A stretch of 47,379 bases of DNA from a virus (lineage: Duplodnaviria > Caudoviricetes), in IMG/VR virus record IMGVR_UViG_3300030107_003655, positions 1 through 47,379 of that record; one strand, 5' to 3'. Under the pieces are notes generated by a model. That model saw nothing but the letters and a program-made list of their open reading frames with translations, searched no databases and was not told the DNA's origin. This document shows positions 7,945 to 18,005 of this stretch, one piece after another. The position numbers and the translations under genes are program-made. Every line of letters begins with the position of its first letter. Within the stretch, counting starts at the first letter, position 1.

Positions 7945-8706
7945 ATGCAAGACACTATGAACGAAGAGGTTACTACAATAGAAGGCGTGGAAGGCGAAGT
8001 TTTAGAGCAAGTTGTTGAGCCAGAACAAGTAGGCGGTCAGCCAGCTGAGGAGGTAGGTTCAGAACCTATTGACGATGCTAAGAAGTTCCAGTCTATGTAT
8101 GACAAGAGAACTGCAGAATACGAAAAGCTCAATGCTGAAGTCGAGGAACTTCGTAAGTATAGACAACTAGGAGACGTTCTTGAAAAAAGACCAGATGTTG
8201 TTGAAGCAATGAGAAACACTCTAAGTGGTAACGAGGCTAATAATCAGCCAAAGCAAGAGTCTGTAAATGAGGAATCATTTGACCCTTGGGAAGCTTATTA
8301 TAAGCCCGGTTCACCTTCATACGAAATGAGGGTAAACCAAGAAAAGGCTCTTGTAAATGAAGCTGTTCAAGAACAGTTTAGTGGTTTACAACAGCAAATG
8401 GCAATCAATAACCTCAAACAAGATTTGACTACAAAATATGGTTTCAACGACCCTACAATGGCTGATGATTTCATACAGTTTGCAACAACTCCAAGGGAAG
8501 ACCTTCCTTTAGATATGTTGGTAGATGTGTATAGAAAATATAAAGGTGGAGAGGAAAAAGTTTCTCAAAACCTAGAGGCTGTTCAAAAGTCACAGAAGAT
8601 TGCGCCTACGGCTGGTGTCGTTCAAGGTGCCGCTCCTGAGAAACCAGATGAGTTAGAGGATGTTTGGACTGGGGTTATGGGAGCCTCTCGTAATACTCAA
8701 ATATAA
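7945..8706 (+). CDS. Probable scaffolding protein
   Basis: Acidic N-terminus, coiled coil (KKFQSMYDK), located between portal and capsid; GAGG RBS. Confidence 0.75.
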   Translation: MQDTMNEEVTTIEGVEGEVLEQVVEPEQVGGQPAEEVGSEPIDDAKKFQSMYDKRTAEYEKLNAEVEELRKYRQLGDVLEKRPDVVEAMRNTLSGNEANNQPKQESVNEESFDPWEAYYKPGSPSYEMRVNQEKALVNEAVQEQFSGLQQQMAINNLKQDLTTKYGFNDPTMADDFIQFATTPREDLPLDMLVDVYRKYKGGEEKVSQNLEAVQKSQKIAPTAGVVQGAAPEKPDELEDVWTGVMGASRNTQI

Positions 8707-8723
8707 TCTCTAAGGAGTCCTAA

Positions 8724-10055
8724 ATGGCAACTTACAATCAAGGTGTTGTGAATGTTGGCGACCCGGGTTCAGCCGCTTCCGGCTATCATACTCGGAGACT
8801 GTTCAACTTTTCAGACCGTGTAGCTGACTTAGCTCCAGATGAATCTCCATTCTTCGTTTACCTTTCAAAGGTGGCTAAAGTTCCTACGGATGACCCACAA
8901 TTCCGATTCTTAGAAGATAGAACCAAAATCTCGATGACAGATAGAGCTTTCTTACTCGCTGGCTCTCATTCGATTCCTGCGGCTGGTTCTTCTTTAACAT
9001 ATACAGTTGATACTTCTGGCGGTGCGTCAGTTGATTGGCTAGTAAAGGGAATGGTTTTCGCTGTTGATTACACAGAAAACAATTCTCCTGAAACAATCAT
9101 AGTAAGAGTTGAGTCTGCTCCAGTTGACGCTGGTAGTACATCAACTTTTCAAGGTAAAACCATTTCAGCAGTTGACGGAGCTGAAACTGGTGCTGATAAT
9201 GCAAAGTGTCAAGTAATTGGTACTTCATTTGCTGAAGGTACTGGTGCTCCGGATGTATTTTCTGAAGAGCTTGATAATGATTATGGTTACACCCAAATCT
9301 TTAAAACAGCTTGTGAAATGTCTAATACTGCTCGTGCAACACGTTATCGTGGATACGCAGATGAGTTCCAAAGAATTTGGAATCTCAAACTTCGTGAACA
9401 TAAGGTTGACATAGAAAGAGCAATGCTCTTCGGTCAGCGTGCAAGCACTGGCGGTATTCAGTATACAGAAGGTATAGCTGGTCACGTTATTAAAAATGGA
9501 ACAGCAGTTGTAGATGACTCTGCGTTATCTTATAGTTCTGGTGCTCCATATTTTCGTAGCTCAACTACAGCAGAATTAACATACGACAGAATCTTATCAG
9601 ATTTTGAAGTTGTTTATGACCCTGCTCGTGGTGGAACCGATAGTAAATTAGCTCTTGCTAGTTTACCAGTGTTAACATTCTTTAACAAGCTTGGCGATGG
9701 TCTTTTTCTTGATTCATCTCTTGGGCATTCTAATAATGCTTATAAGTATGATGTTAGTCAAAAAGATGGAAGGTTTGGTCACAAAGTCTTAGCTGTGGAA
9801 ACTATACACGGAACAATGAATATGGTAAAAGAACCTCTATTTAGAGGATTCTCTTCTGGATTCTTAATGATGGTTGACTTAGACCACGTTGCTTATAGAC
9901 CACTAGTTGGAAACGGTGTTAATCGTGACACGCAAGTACAGACTAATGTACAATCTGCTGACGAAGACCTTCGTAAGGATATGATTCTTACCGAAGCTGG
10001 TTTAGAAGTTTCTCTTCCAGAAACTCATTATCTACTTAACTTAGAAGGAGTTTAA
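8724..10055 (+). CDS. Major capsid protein (SU10/DUF5309-like, HK97 fold)
   Basis: 443 aa after the scaffold; SPFF..LSK, YTQIFK, HKVDIERAMLFG and ILTEAGLEV motifs; strong AAGGAG RBS. Confidence 0.9.
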   Translation: MATYNQGVVNVGDPGSAASGYHTRRLFNFSDRVADLAPDESPFFVYLSKVAKVPTDDPQFRFLEDRTKISMTDRAFLLAGSHSIPAAGSSLTYTVDTSGGASVDWLVKGMVFAVDYTENNSPETIIVRVESAPVDAGSTSTFQGKTISAVDGAETGADNAKCQVIGTSFAEGTGAPDVFSEELDNDYGYTQIFKTACEMSNTARATRYRGYADEFQRIWNLKLREHKVDIERAMLFGQRASTGGIQYTEGIAGHVIKNGTAVVDDSALSYSSGAPYFRSSTTAELTYDRILSDFEVVYDPARGGTDSKLALASLPVLTFFNKLGDGLFLDSSLGHSNNAYKYDVSQKDGRFGHKVLAVETIHGTMNMVKEPLFRGFSSGFLMMVDLDHVAYRPLVGNGVNRDTQVQTNVQSADEDLRKDMILTEAGLEVSLPETHYLLNLEGV

Positions 10056-10057
10056 CA

Positions 10058-10486
10058 ATGAGAAGTGATTATCTAAATGAAAATAGTGGAAAGACTGACG
10101 GATACAAGAAGAAGGTAGAATACATCAATGCGGCTAGAACACTAACAAGCGAAGATAGCGGTAAGGTATTTATGTGTGCCGCTACAGGTGGAGCAGTAGC
10201 TATCACCCTACCAACTACTTTAGTAGATGGTGTTCATTACAAGTTTATCGTATGGGAAGAAACCCCAAGTAATGACATCACTATTGGAGCAGGAAGTGCT
10301 ATTGTTAGTATGGTGCATAAAGATGCTGGTGGCGATGCGGCCGCATCAACTGCAGGCACTCAAGTTACTAACGTTATATTAGACACTACTGCACAACGTG
10401 GTGACTATGTCAATATAATGGCTTGGAATGGCGAATGGGTAGCTGAAGCAATGAGTAGTATAAATGCTGGTATTCACACATCATAA
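10058..10486 (+). CDS. Probable capsid decoration/virion protein
   Basis: TLTSEDSGKVF..ITLP beta-rich motif directly after the capsid gene. Confidence 0.6.
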   Translation: MRSDYLNENSGKTDGYKKKVEYINAARTLTSEDSGKVFMCAATGGAVAITLPTTLVDGVHYKFIVWEETPSNDITIGAGSAIVSMVHKDAGGDAAASTAGTQVTNVILDTTAQRGDYVNIMAWNGEWVAEAMSSINAGIHTS

Positions 10487-10522
10487 ACTGAATAAATAAA
10501 GTTAAACAGTAATTAGAACTGT

Positions 10523-10550
10523 GGGGGTTGTCGTATAAAGGATGGCCCCC
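10523..10550 (+). terminator. GC-rich hairpin after the capsid genes
   Basis: GGGGGTTGTC/GATGGCCCCC stem with GU pairs; no U-tract, so possibly an mRNA stabiliser rather than a terminator. Confidence 0.45.
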
Positions 10551-10569
10551 AAATCTAAAAAGGGATATT

Positions 10570-10815
10570 ATGAATTGTATACATTGTGAAGCTCCAAATC
10601 CAGAAAAATGGTTCTATTGTCGTGGTTGTGGTAAAAAAGCATCTGAGGCCCTGTACACGACAAATTTATTTATGATGAGCGAAGCTGGAAAAAGAACCGA
10701 TATGGAGTTTTCTTCAATGAGTATGAGTGAGCATATTTCAAAAGTAAACAAAGAGAAGAAAGAGAGACAGGATAAAATCTGGAAAGAAAGAATTAAACAA
10801 GCAGGGGTTAGTTAA
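10570..10815 (+). CDS. Zinc-ribbon protein, 81 aa
   Basis: MNCIHC...YCRGCG; AAGGGA RBS favours ATG 10570. Confidence 0.75.
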   Translation: MNCIHCEAPNPEKWFYCRGCGKKASEALYTTNLFMMSEAGKRTDMEFSSMSMSEHISKVNKEKKERQDKIWKERIKQAGVS

Positions 10816-12725
10816 TGGCTACGTTTGAAGTGCAGGTAGAAGGATTAACGAGTTTGTCAATAGACTCAAGTAGCAATCCTACGCAATCTGAGTTGACTCA
10901 GTTTTTAACAGATGGCGCAAAAGAAGTGTTAAGTGTTTTACCATTTAGCAAGAAATCTTTATATACAACAGCAACTTCATTAAACGGCAGTAGTCCCAAC
11001 TTAACAATAGGTGGTTCTGAAATTTTTACTGTAACTAGAGATGATGGAACAATAAATCAACCTTGTAGATTAATACCTGCAAATATGAGTGGGAGGGCTA
11101 GTGACTCAGATGATATGAATGCGGCTTCTGCAACAGACCCTGTTTATTACATAGTAAACAATGTATTAAGCGTTATACCTGAGCCAACTAACACAAGGAA
11201 TGCTCAAGTTCAAACACTGGCTTACCCATCTGTATCTTACGGAGATAGTTCGGTTGCGAAATTTCCAGATGAGGCAGAGTATTTGTTGCCATTATACGCA
11301 TCTGTAAAGTCTCTACAAAATAAATTAGGTAATAAAACATTAGATGTAAGCTCTTTAAATATTACAGCTGTTCCACCTTTAGTGCCAACACTGAGCACAG
11401 TTTCTTATAGCGACGCATCTAACTCAGATGCTTCAGCTTCATCAGTTAGCGCAATAACAGTGGCAAGTGTTTCTACAGCTGATACAACTGGAAACGTTCC
11501 AATATATACAAAACCTTCGCTAACAACTAGAGTTTCATTTGATACGTTTTTTGAAGACACTAATGATAGAAACCCATTTGGAGATAGTGACCCGGGTACA
11601 TTTTCAATATCTGTTAACGCCCCCGTTGCTCCAGCAATAAACACCATATCTTACACAGATGCTAGCAATTCTGATGCTAGTGCTTCAGCAATTAGTACGT
11701 CAACCGCTAGTGCTCCGGGAGCCGTTGATGTTGCAAGTCACGCTCCAACCTTTACAAAGCCAGCTGTTGCCTTGGATTTTGCAAAGGTAAATAGTCATAT
11801 AGATGATAATGAAGACATAGAATTAGCACAGGTAAAAATTTCACAACTACAGGCTCAAATATCTGAATATAATGCTAATATAAATAATGAACAGAATGAG
11901 TTTAATAAGGAGAATGCTCGCTATCAAACAGAATTTAGAGAAGCTTCTGAAAAAGCTAATATGGATTTACAAGTTGCAATTCAAAACGCAAATAATTTAG
12001 CGCAGGAATATAGACAAGAATCACAGCAAACAACTGATATAGATAAATTTAACAAAGCTCAAGACCAAGCATTAGACTTATCTAACAAGGCTAAGGCTAT
12101 GGAAAAATTAATTGCTGATAATAATAATAAATTACAAAAATTTCAAAGTGAAATTCAAGTATATCAAGCTCAAGTAAATACAGAAGTTGAAGAATATGCT
12201 AGGAAGTTAAGCAGGTATCAATTAGAAATTGGAAATGTTTTTCAGGCTTGGTCTCAAACAGAATCGGATAGTTTACAGCAATACCAATTAGACATTCAGA
12301 ATGAATTAAATGAATTCAATAAGGAAAACGCTAGGTATGATGCTAATATAAGAGCTGAGCTGGCTAAACATAATACAGATTTACAAAAAGCAATAACTCA
12401 AGCTGGAATAGATGCTGAAGATGCTAGACAAGAAGCTAGGCAGTTAACTGACGTTGACCAGTTTAATAAGGCTCAAGACCAAGCTTTAGATTTGGAAAAC
12501 AAAGCAAAGACTATGCAGGCTATAATAGCAAATAATCAAGATTTAGTTGCTAAATTTTCAGGAGAACTGAATAAGTACGGTGCTATAGTCAATGAAGAAG
12601 TTCAACAATATCAATTAAATCTGCAAAATAAGCAGATGGAATACGCTTGGTATGAAAAACAACAAGCAAAACTACAAGCTGATTACGATAAAGGCTTACA
12701 AATATTAATAGGACAAGGGGGATAA
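10815..12725 (+). CDS. Virion protein: head-tail adaptor-like domain plus long duplicated coiled coil
   Basis: N-terminal ELTQFLTDGAKEV..PVYY..VIPEP..FPDEAEYL; internal duplications; Q/N/E-rich helical C-half. Confidence 0.65.
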   Translation: MATFEVQVEGLTSLSIDSSSNPTQSELTQFLTDGAKEVLSVLPFSKKSLYTTATSLNGSSPNLTIGGSEIFTVTRDDGTINQPCRLIPANMSGRASDSDDMNAASATDPVYYIVNNVLSVIPEPTNTRNAQVQTLAYPSVSYGDSSVAKFPDEAEYLLPLYASVKSLQNKLGNKTLDVSSLNITAVPPLVPTLSTVSYSDASNSDASASSVSAITVASVSTADTTGNVPIYTKPSLTTRVSFDTFFEDTNDRNPFGDSDPGTFSISVNAPVAPAINTISYTDASNSDASASAISTSTASAPGAVDVASHAPTFTKPAVALDFAKVNSHIDDNEDIELAQVKISQLQAQISEYNANINNEQNEFNKENARYQTEFREASEKANMDLQVAIQNANNLAQEYRQESQQTTDIDKFNKAQDQALDLSNKAKAMEKLIADNNNKLQKFQSEIQVYQAQVNTEVEEYARKLSRYQLEIGNVFQAWSQTESDSLQQYQLDIQNELNEFNKENARYDANIRAELAKHNTDLQKAITQAGIDAEDARQEARQLTDVDQFNKAQDQALDLENKAKTMQAIIANNQDLVAKFSGELNKYGAIVNEEVQQYQLNLQNKQMEYAWYEKQQAKLQADYDKGLQILIGQGG

Positions 12726-12726
12726 A

Positions 12727-13218
12727 ATGGCGGCTGATAAAGCAACTGTAAATGTTTCGGCATCGCTTTTACCAGACAATATAAAGGTATCAGTAGGAGG
12801 AACTACTGTCTATGATTTAAATGATGTTGGCGATAGTAATAAATGGATACATTGGAGAGGGCAAACAGACGGAACATCTGCTCAAGATTTAGTTAGCACT
12901 GCTGATGTCCAGTACCTAAATCAAACTGTAGACTATAATGATGCTTTAGCCGAAGTTGATGAGGCAAACGATGATGTTGTATTTATATTAATAAAAAATG
13001 ACGCAACAACTGATGGGAGCACAGCTAGTACATCTAATCTATATGTCGGGTTAAGCGGTGGAAATTTAGCGGCAAATAGTGGAACTATTATAATAGAGCC
13101 AAATGAAGTCTGGTTTGCTAGGCTAAGAGGAGAGGCTCTTTCCGATATTAACTGTGCAAGTTCTAGTGGAGACTTAGTGTACGATGTTTTTGCTGTCCTT
13201 GATGATGGTGGAGTCTAA
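12727..13218 (+). CDS. Probable virion structural protein
   Basis: 163 aa, acidic and beta-rich, in the structural operon. Confidence 0.6.
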   Translation: MAADKATVNVSASLLPDNIKVSVGGTTVYDLNDVGDSNKWIHWRGQTDGTSAQDLVSTADVQYLNQTVDYNDALAEVDEANDDVVFILIKNDATTDGSTASTSNLYVGLSGGNLAANSGTIIIEPNEVWFARLRGEALSDINCASSSGDLVYDVFAVLDDGGV

Positions 13219-13568
13219 TGGCTGTTCATTCAATAACTGTTAAAAAATTAATTAGTAGGGTGCGTCAGGTATTTCCAGATGCACCTGAAAAATATATAAT
13301 CAATTTAATTAATGACGCACTTGTTGAGATAGGCACTCATAAAGTTAAGGTGGTTCACGCTAAGATAACAACTGTGGCTGATAGAATGTATTATAATTTA
13401 GCTGATGGAGCAACGGATTCTAGTGGAAATACACTGGAGGCTAATCAAGTAATGAGAGTTTATCTAATGGATAGCGATGGAGATTACATACAAATACCTA
13501 GGTTGGTTGATAAGAATTTATTATTAGCTGACATAACAAGTGAATCTAATTTAAACGCACCGGATTAA
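13218..13568 (+). CDS. Adaptor/tail-tubular-A-like protein, N-terminal type
   Basis: TVKKLISRVR..YIINLINDALVEI..YYNL pattern. Confidence 0.5.
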   Translation: MAVHSITVKKLISRVRQVFPDAPEKYIINLINDALVEIGTHKVKVVHAKITTVADRMYYNLADGATDSSGNTLEANQVMRVYLMDSDGDYIQIPRLVDKNLLLADITSESNLNAPD

Positions 13569-13570
13569 TT

Positions 13571-14002
13571 ATGGCAAGTAGTATTAAGTACCCAGAAAAT
13601 CAAGCAATGTATTTCATAGAGGGAGACAATCTTGGTTTAATTACCAAGGTTGATTCTTCTGGAAGCAACAGAACATCAGCTAGGAAAAAATGGAAAGCAA
13701 TAGCTGAGGCTGTAACTGATGGAATATTAATACATTATTATGCTGAACCTAATAGTGTTTCAGCTATAACAGATAGCTTAGATATAGATAATACATTAGA
13801 GCTAGCTGTTGTTGATTATGTAAAAAAATGTTTATATATGGATAGAGCAGGCTCTTCTCAAGACCCGAATGTTAGTCAAATATCAATGGGGATGGGGGCT
13901 AATCACGAAAGAAAATTTAAAGAAGCCATACAAAGATATGGTGTTAGAAAGAAAGACAAGACTGGTGGAAGTAGAGTTGTAAAAGTTCCAAATTTAGTTT
14001 AA
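13571..14002 (+). CDS. Adaptor-like protein, C-terminal type
   Basis: LIHYYAEP..LDID..LELAVVDYV pattern. Confidence 0.45.
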   Translation: MASSIKYPENQAMYFIEGDNLGLITKVDSSGSNRTSARKKWKAIAEAVTDGILIHYYAEPNSVSAITDSLDIDNTLELAVVDYVKKCLYMDRAGSSQDPNVSQISMGMGANHERKFKEAIQRYGVRKKDKTGGSRVVKVPNLV

Positions 14003-14048
14003 CCAATATAGATGCTTTTAAGCGGTGGCGGAGGAATATAGGTAAGTT

Positions 14049-16793
14049 ATGTCAAACATTAATAAATATACAAGTAAAGAGGTTCTCAATAAAGTTCTTC
14101 TTGATTCTTCAGGAGATGCGGTAACCGCATATTCCCATACAACACAAGAAGCCTTAAATGCGGCTTTAGATGCTACAAATAATAGATTAAACATTAGTTT
14201 AAAAGGTGGCACCATAGATGGTGATGTTACTATAACTGGTGACTTAACCATAACCGGAAGTAGTACTTATACATATGATGAGCAAATTGATGGCCAATTA
14301 TGGCTAAAAGATTCTACTGCCAGTAGCTCAACTCAAGGTGGGCATTTAAGATTGTTTAGTGATGATGGTGCGGCTATGGCGGCTGGTCATAGATTAGGGG
14401 TCATAGAATTTGCTGGAGCAGAAGATGCCTCTTCTACCATAACAGTGGGAGCTAGGATTGAAGCTCTAGCTGAGTCTACATATACAGCTTCTGAAAATGG
14501 TTCTGCTTTATTGTTTTACACTACGGATGGCAATGCTTCTCAATCTGAGCAAATGAGAATAACATCGGATGGCAAAATTGGAATTGGCTGTACTCCTACA
14601 CAAGACCTTGAAATTAAAATGGATACTGATAAACATATGTTGTTTTCAGATAGCCAAAGTGAGACAGGATATTGCCCAACAATACACGCAGTAAACACAG
14701 CAGGTAGTGCAAATGTAGAATTGGGATTTAGAGCTTCTGAACTTAGATTTGCAACAGGAAGTGCTAAAAGAATGGTGCTTGATGACAACTCCCGAATCTC
14801 ACTTTCTAATAATGATAGTGGTTCAGGGAATACAGTCTTTGGAAAACTATCGGGTGATGACCTCGACTCTGGCGGAAATTATAATTCTTTTTTTGGGGAA
14901 AACGCAGGTCACGCAGTCACTACTGGTGATGCAAATGTTGCTATTGGGTATGGTGCTATGGATGTGCATACTACTGGAAATTATAACATCGCAATCGGAT
15001 ACAATGCATTTGGTACGGCAGTAGGAGGTTCTCAGAATATAGCCATTGGTACAGAAGCATTGGGGAAGCAAACTGAATCTGGTACTAGTTCGGTCAGAAA
15101 TATTGCTATTGGAGACAATACCAATTATTACAATGTTACTGGTGAAAAAAATATTATGATAGGTACTAATGCTGGTATAGGCGTAGATGGTCAAAGTCAT
15201 GATAATAATGTAGCAGTTGGCGATGATTCTCAGTATGGAATAACAACTGGAGGATATAATGTTTCATTAGGAAATAACACTTTATACCATAATGAGGATG
15301 GAAGTTATAATGTAGCAGTTGGCTATCAAGCTCTTAGAAAACTTGGAAGCACTGGAGGTACTGCGAATAACAATATTGGTATTGGTGTAAATACATTAGA
15401 AAATATTACAGCAGATGGCATTGAAAATTGTGTTGCCATTGGGTTTGAAGCGATGCGAGGTGAGTCAGGTTCTACAACTGGAATTAATGGAACAGTTGCT
15501 GTTGGATATAGAAGCTTGGATGAAATCACTTCAGGTGCTGGAAATACAGCCGTAGGATTTCAATCTGCTGATTTAATAACGACTGGTTCAAATAACACAG
15601 TAGTAGGTTATGATGCAGAGGTTTCAGCAAATAGTGCTTCTAATCAAACTGTAGTAGGTAAAGGAGCAACTGGGCAAGCAGATAACTCAGTAACGCTTGG
15701 TAATGCAGATGTGACCGCTGTTTATATGGCTCAAGATGGTCACGCAACAATTAATAGTGGCGGACTTGCTGTGGGATATGGCACTACAACACCAGATGCA
15801 GAAGTAAAACTCAAAAATACTGCTGATAACCAAGTTGATATTGCTTTTGCTACCACTCACAATGGCGGTGGAATAAGATACAAGACAACTGGCGCTGGAA
15901 CTACAGACCAAATTTTAAGTTTTGTAATGGGTGGTGGCACTGATTTAGTTACAATAGACAATCTTGGTACTGCAACATTTACCAACACTGTAAAAGCAAA
16001 TGCTGGTCTTAATGTAGGTTCGCCAACAGTCACAGGGTTTGCAACAAACATCAAAGCAAGTACGGATGTTTTGAGTTTAGAAGCAGATGGGACTGGAGGC
16101 CCACAGCTTAGATTAACCGACACTAGCTCATCTTCTGATGATGATACATTTTCATTAATAGATTTTTCTGCAAAAGACTCTGGCGGAACTCAGACAATTA
16201 TGAATCGCATTGCAAGTACAATTCCAGATAACTCTGCTGGAACTGTAGATACTGCATTATCCATATACGCAAAAAGCAACAATACTTTAACAGAAACTGT
16301 TAGAATTGGTAGTAGTAGATTATATTTACCTCAAGGTCAAATAGGTTTCCCAGCTACTCAAAATGCAAGTTCCGACCCAAACACATTAGATGATTATGAG
16401 GAAGCTGAACATTCCGCAACTGTTACTGGTGAAGATGGCGGTAGTTTTGCTATGAGCACAAATAACACGCTTAGATATACTAAGATAGGTCGGTTGGTTC
16501 ATATTCAAGGATTGCTTTCAATTACATCTGATAGCTCTGCAAGTGGTGACATAAAAATTACTCTTCCATTTACTGCTGGAGATGGTACGGATTTAAGTGG
16601 AAGAGCTTATGGTAGTTGTCAAATATACAACCACGGAGGAACTATATCTGGGAATACAAGTGTAGAAGTTGTTGAAGGTAATAATTTTTGCAAATTGCTT
16701 GAGGTTGAGGATAATGGTGATAGAGATTATCTCGATGAAGGTGATGTAGATGGAGCTTGGGATGTTGCTTTTGATTTCACATACTCGGTTTAA
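14049..16793 (+). CDS. Tail fibre / receptor-binding protein
   Basis: 914 aa, G/T/S/N-rich; MRITSDGKIGIG; many NxAxGxxA beta-roll repeats; C-terminal TLDDYEE..YTKIGRLVHI..LPF domain. Confidence 0.85.
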   Translation: MSNINKYTSKEVLNKVLLDSSGDAVTAYSHTTQEALNAALDATNNRLNISLKGGTIDGDVTITGDLTITGSSTYTYDEQIDGQLWLKDSTASSSTQGGHLRLFSDDGAAMAAGHRLGVIEFAGAEDASSTITVGARIEALAESTYTASENGSALLFYTTDGNASQSEQMRITSDGKIGIGCTPTQDLEIKMDTDKHMLFSDSQSETGYCPTIHAVNTAGSANVELGFRASELRFATGSAKRMVLDDNSRISLSNNDSGSGNTVFGKLSGDDLDSGGNYNSFFGENAGHAVTTGDANVAIGYGAMDVHTTGNYNIAIGYNAFGTAVGGSQNIAIGTEALGKQTESGTSSVRNIAIGDNTNYYNVTGEKNIMIGTNAGIGVDGQSHDNNVAVGDDSQYGITTGGYNVSLGNNTLYHNEDGSYNVAVGYQALRKLGSTGGTANNNIGIGVNTLENITADGIENCVAIGFEAMRGESGSTTGINGTVAVGYRSLDEITSGAGNTAVGFQSADLITTGSNNTVVGYDAEVSANSASNQTVVGKGATGQADNSVTLGNADVTAVYMAQDGHATINSGGLAVGYGTTTPDAEVKLKNTADNQVDIAFATTHNGGGIRYKTTGAGTTDQILSFVMGGGTDLVTIDNLGTATFTNTVKANAGLNVGSPTVTGFATNIKASTDVLSLEADGTGGPQLRLTDTSSSSDDDTFSLIDFSAKDSGGTQTIMNRIASTIPDNSAGTVDTALSIYAKSNNTLTETVRIGSSRLYLPQGQIGFPATQNASSDPNTLDDYEEAEHSATVTGEDGGSFAMSTNNTLRYTKIGRLVHIQGLLSITSDSSASGDIKITLPFTAGDGTDLSGRAYGSCQIYNHGGTISGNTSVEVVEGNNFCKLLEVEDNGDRDYLDEGDVDGAWDVAFDFTYSV

Positions 16794-16839
16794 AAATATA
16801 CCTAATGGATTTTAGGTTGGAACAAATAAGGAGTTAGAA

Positions 16840-17097
16840 ATGGCTTTAGAGAAAAAAATAACATACGATTACGAAGTTCGTACTGAACATAAGATAATTC
16901 AGCAACGACAAAGAACTGCAATCGTAGAAGATGGAAAGGAAATATCGTTTTCTTATCTCAGAAAATCATTTGCACCAGATGCAGACATTAGTGGTGAATC
17001 TGATGAGTTAAAAGCATTGGCAAATAGTTTATGGAATGACGATGTGAAAAAAGCGTGGGCTGATAAACAAAAAACTATAGAAAAGTTACCAGAATAA
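16840..17097 (+). CDS. Tail-fibre-associated small protein
   Basis: MALEK..IVEDGKEISFSY..W; AAGGAG RBS; follows the fibre gene. Confidence 0.65.
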   Translation: MALEKKITYDYEVRTEHKIIQQRQRTAIVEDGKEISFSYLRKSFAPDADISGESDELKALANSLWNDDVKKAWADKQKTIEKLPE

Positions 17098-17118
17098 TTA
17101 ACTAACAAGGAGTCAATA

Positions 17119-17358
17119 ATGGCGAAAAAAGAAAAAGAAAAGCCAGTCTTGAATCTTGATGACAAAGAGTATGTTATTGAGGATATGACTGATGAACAGA
17201 AAATGATGGTGAATCATATTAACGATTTGCAAAATAAGCTAAATGCAAATCAGTTTATGGCTGACCAATTAACTATTGGAAGAAAAGCTTTTGTAGATAT
17301 GCTTAAAGATTCATTAGAAAATGGTTTATCTCAGGAACCCGGCAATAAGGAAGGATAA
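17119..17358 (+). CDS. Coiled-coil phage protein (DUF6447-like)
   Basis: LDDKEYVIEDMTDEQK followed by a coiled coil; AAGGAG RBS. Confidence 0.65.
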   Translation: MAKKEKEKPVLNLDDKEYVIEDMTDEQKMMVNHINDLQNKLNANQFMADQLTIGRKAFVDMLKDSLENGLSQEPGNKEG

Positions 17359-17807
17359 TGATTATAAGGAGGTGTAGTCAAGGTCATCATATTAGACTCC
17401 ATAAAAATAATACTAAGGGTGTTAAGCGTACTAAAACCTATAAAGATGGTACGATTGAGACCTTGACCTATCCTTCTTCTTATAGTTATTTTATAGATGT
17501 AGGCGGTGAGGTGGTTAAGAAAACAAATAGTTTTAAAGTGGCTGAAGAGTTTTATGTAGATGAGTGTTCAAAGAAACATAGCAATGGCCACGGAAGATTA
17601 ATAGTTGGTAAACATCACGTTGTTAATGGAGTAGCGACAAGTCAGTCTGATTATCCTACAATGGATAATACTAAGGTTGAGATACAAGATTTTTATGAAA
17701 AAAGGAATATTTCATTTAGTTCTTCTGAGACTAAATCAGAACTTCTTTCAAGGATAGTTCCTCAAATAAGCGGTACTCAAGAAGTATCAAAACACATAAA
17801 GGTATAG
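17358..17807 (+). CDS. Hypothetical protein with C-terminal HeH/LEM-like domain
   Basis: TKVEIQDFYEKRNISFSSSETKSELLSRI. Confidence 0.6.
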   Translation: MIIRRCSQGHHIRLHKNNTKGVKRTKTYKDGTIETLTYPSSYSYFIDVGGEVVKKTNSFKVAEEFYVDECSKKHSNGHGRLIVGKHHVVNGVATSQSDYPTMDNTKVEIQDFYEKRNISFSSSETKSELLSRIVPQISGTQEVSKHIKV

Positions 17808-17809
17808 AT

Positions 17810-17995
17810 ATGAAGATAATAATGGCTTTTATTATAGCTTTTTCTTTTTTAAGTGGAAGACCTAGTAATGTTAATAAGTATGAAGAGTTAGCATTTAGTG
17901 AAGAGGTTAAGAAGAAAAAGAAAAAAGGTAAAAAAATTACTAAGGGCAAAAAAAAGAAAAAAGGTTTTTTCTCAAAAGTCTTTGGCTCTAAATAA
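17810..17995 (+). CDS. Small membrane/secreted poly-lysine protein
   Basis: Hydrophobic N-terminus, Lys tracts, C-terminal GFFSKVFGSK; AAGGT RBS. Confidence 0.7.
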   Translation: MKIIMAFIIAFSFLSGRPSNVNKYEELAFSEEVKKKKKKGKKITKGKKKKKGFFSKVFGSK

Positions 17996-18005
17996 GGAGG
18001 CTTAA

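Noticed and set aside
10528-10569. TTG-started extension of the zinc-ribbon gene
   Set aside because: Lies inside the GC hairpin; ATG 10570 has the RBS.
14049-16793. Diversity-generating retroelement target
   Set aside because: No reverse transcriptase and no template/variable repeat pair seen.
17908-17962. Phase-variable poly-A tract
   Set aside because: The A-runs are short, broken by G and explained by Lys codons; the frame is intact.
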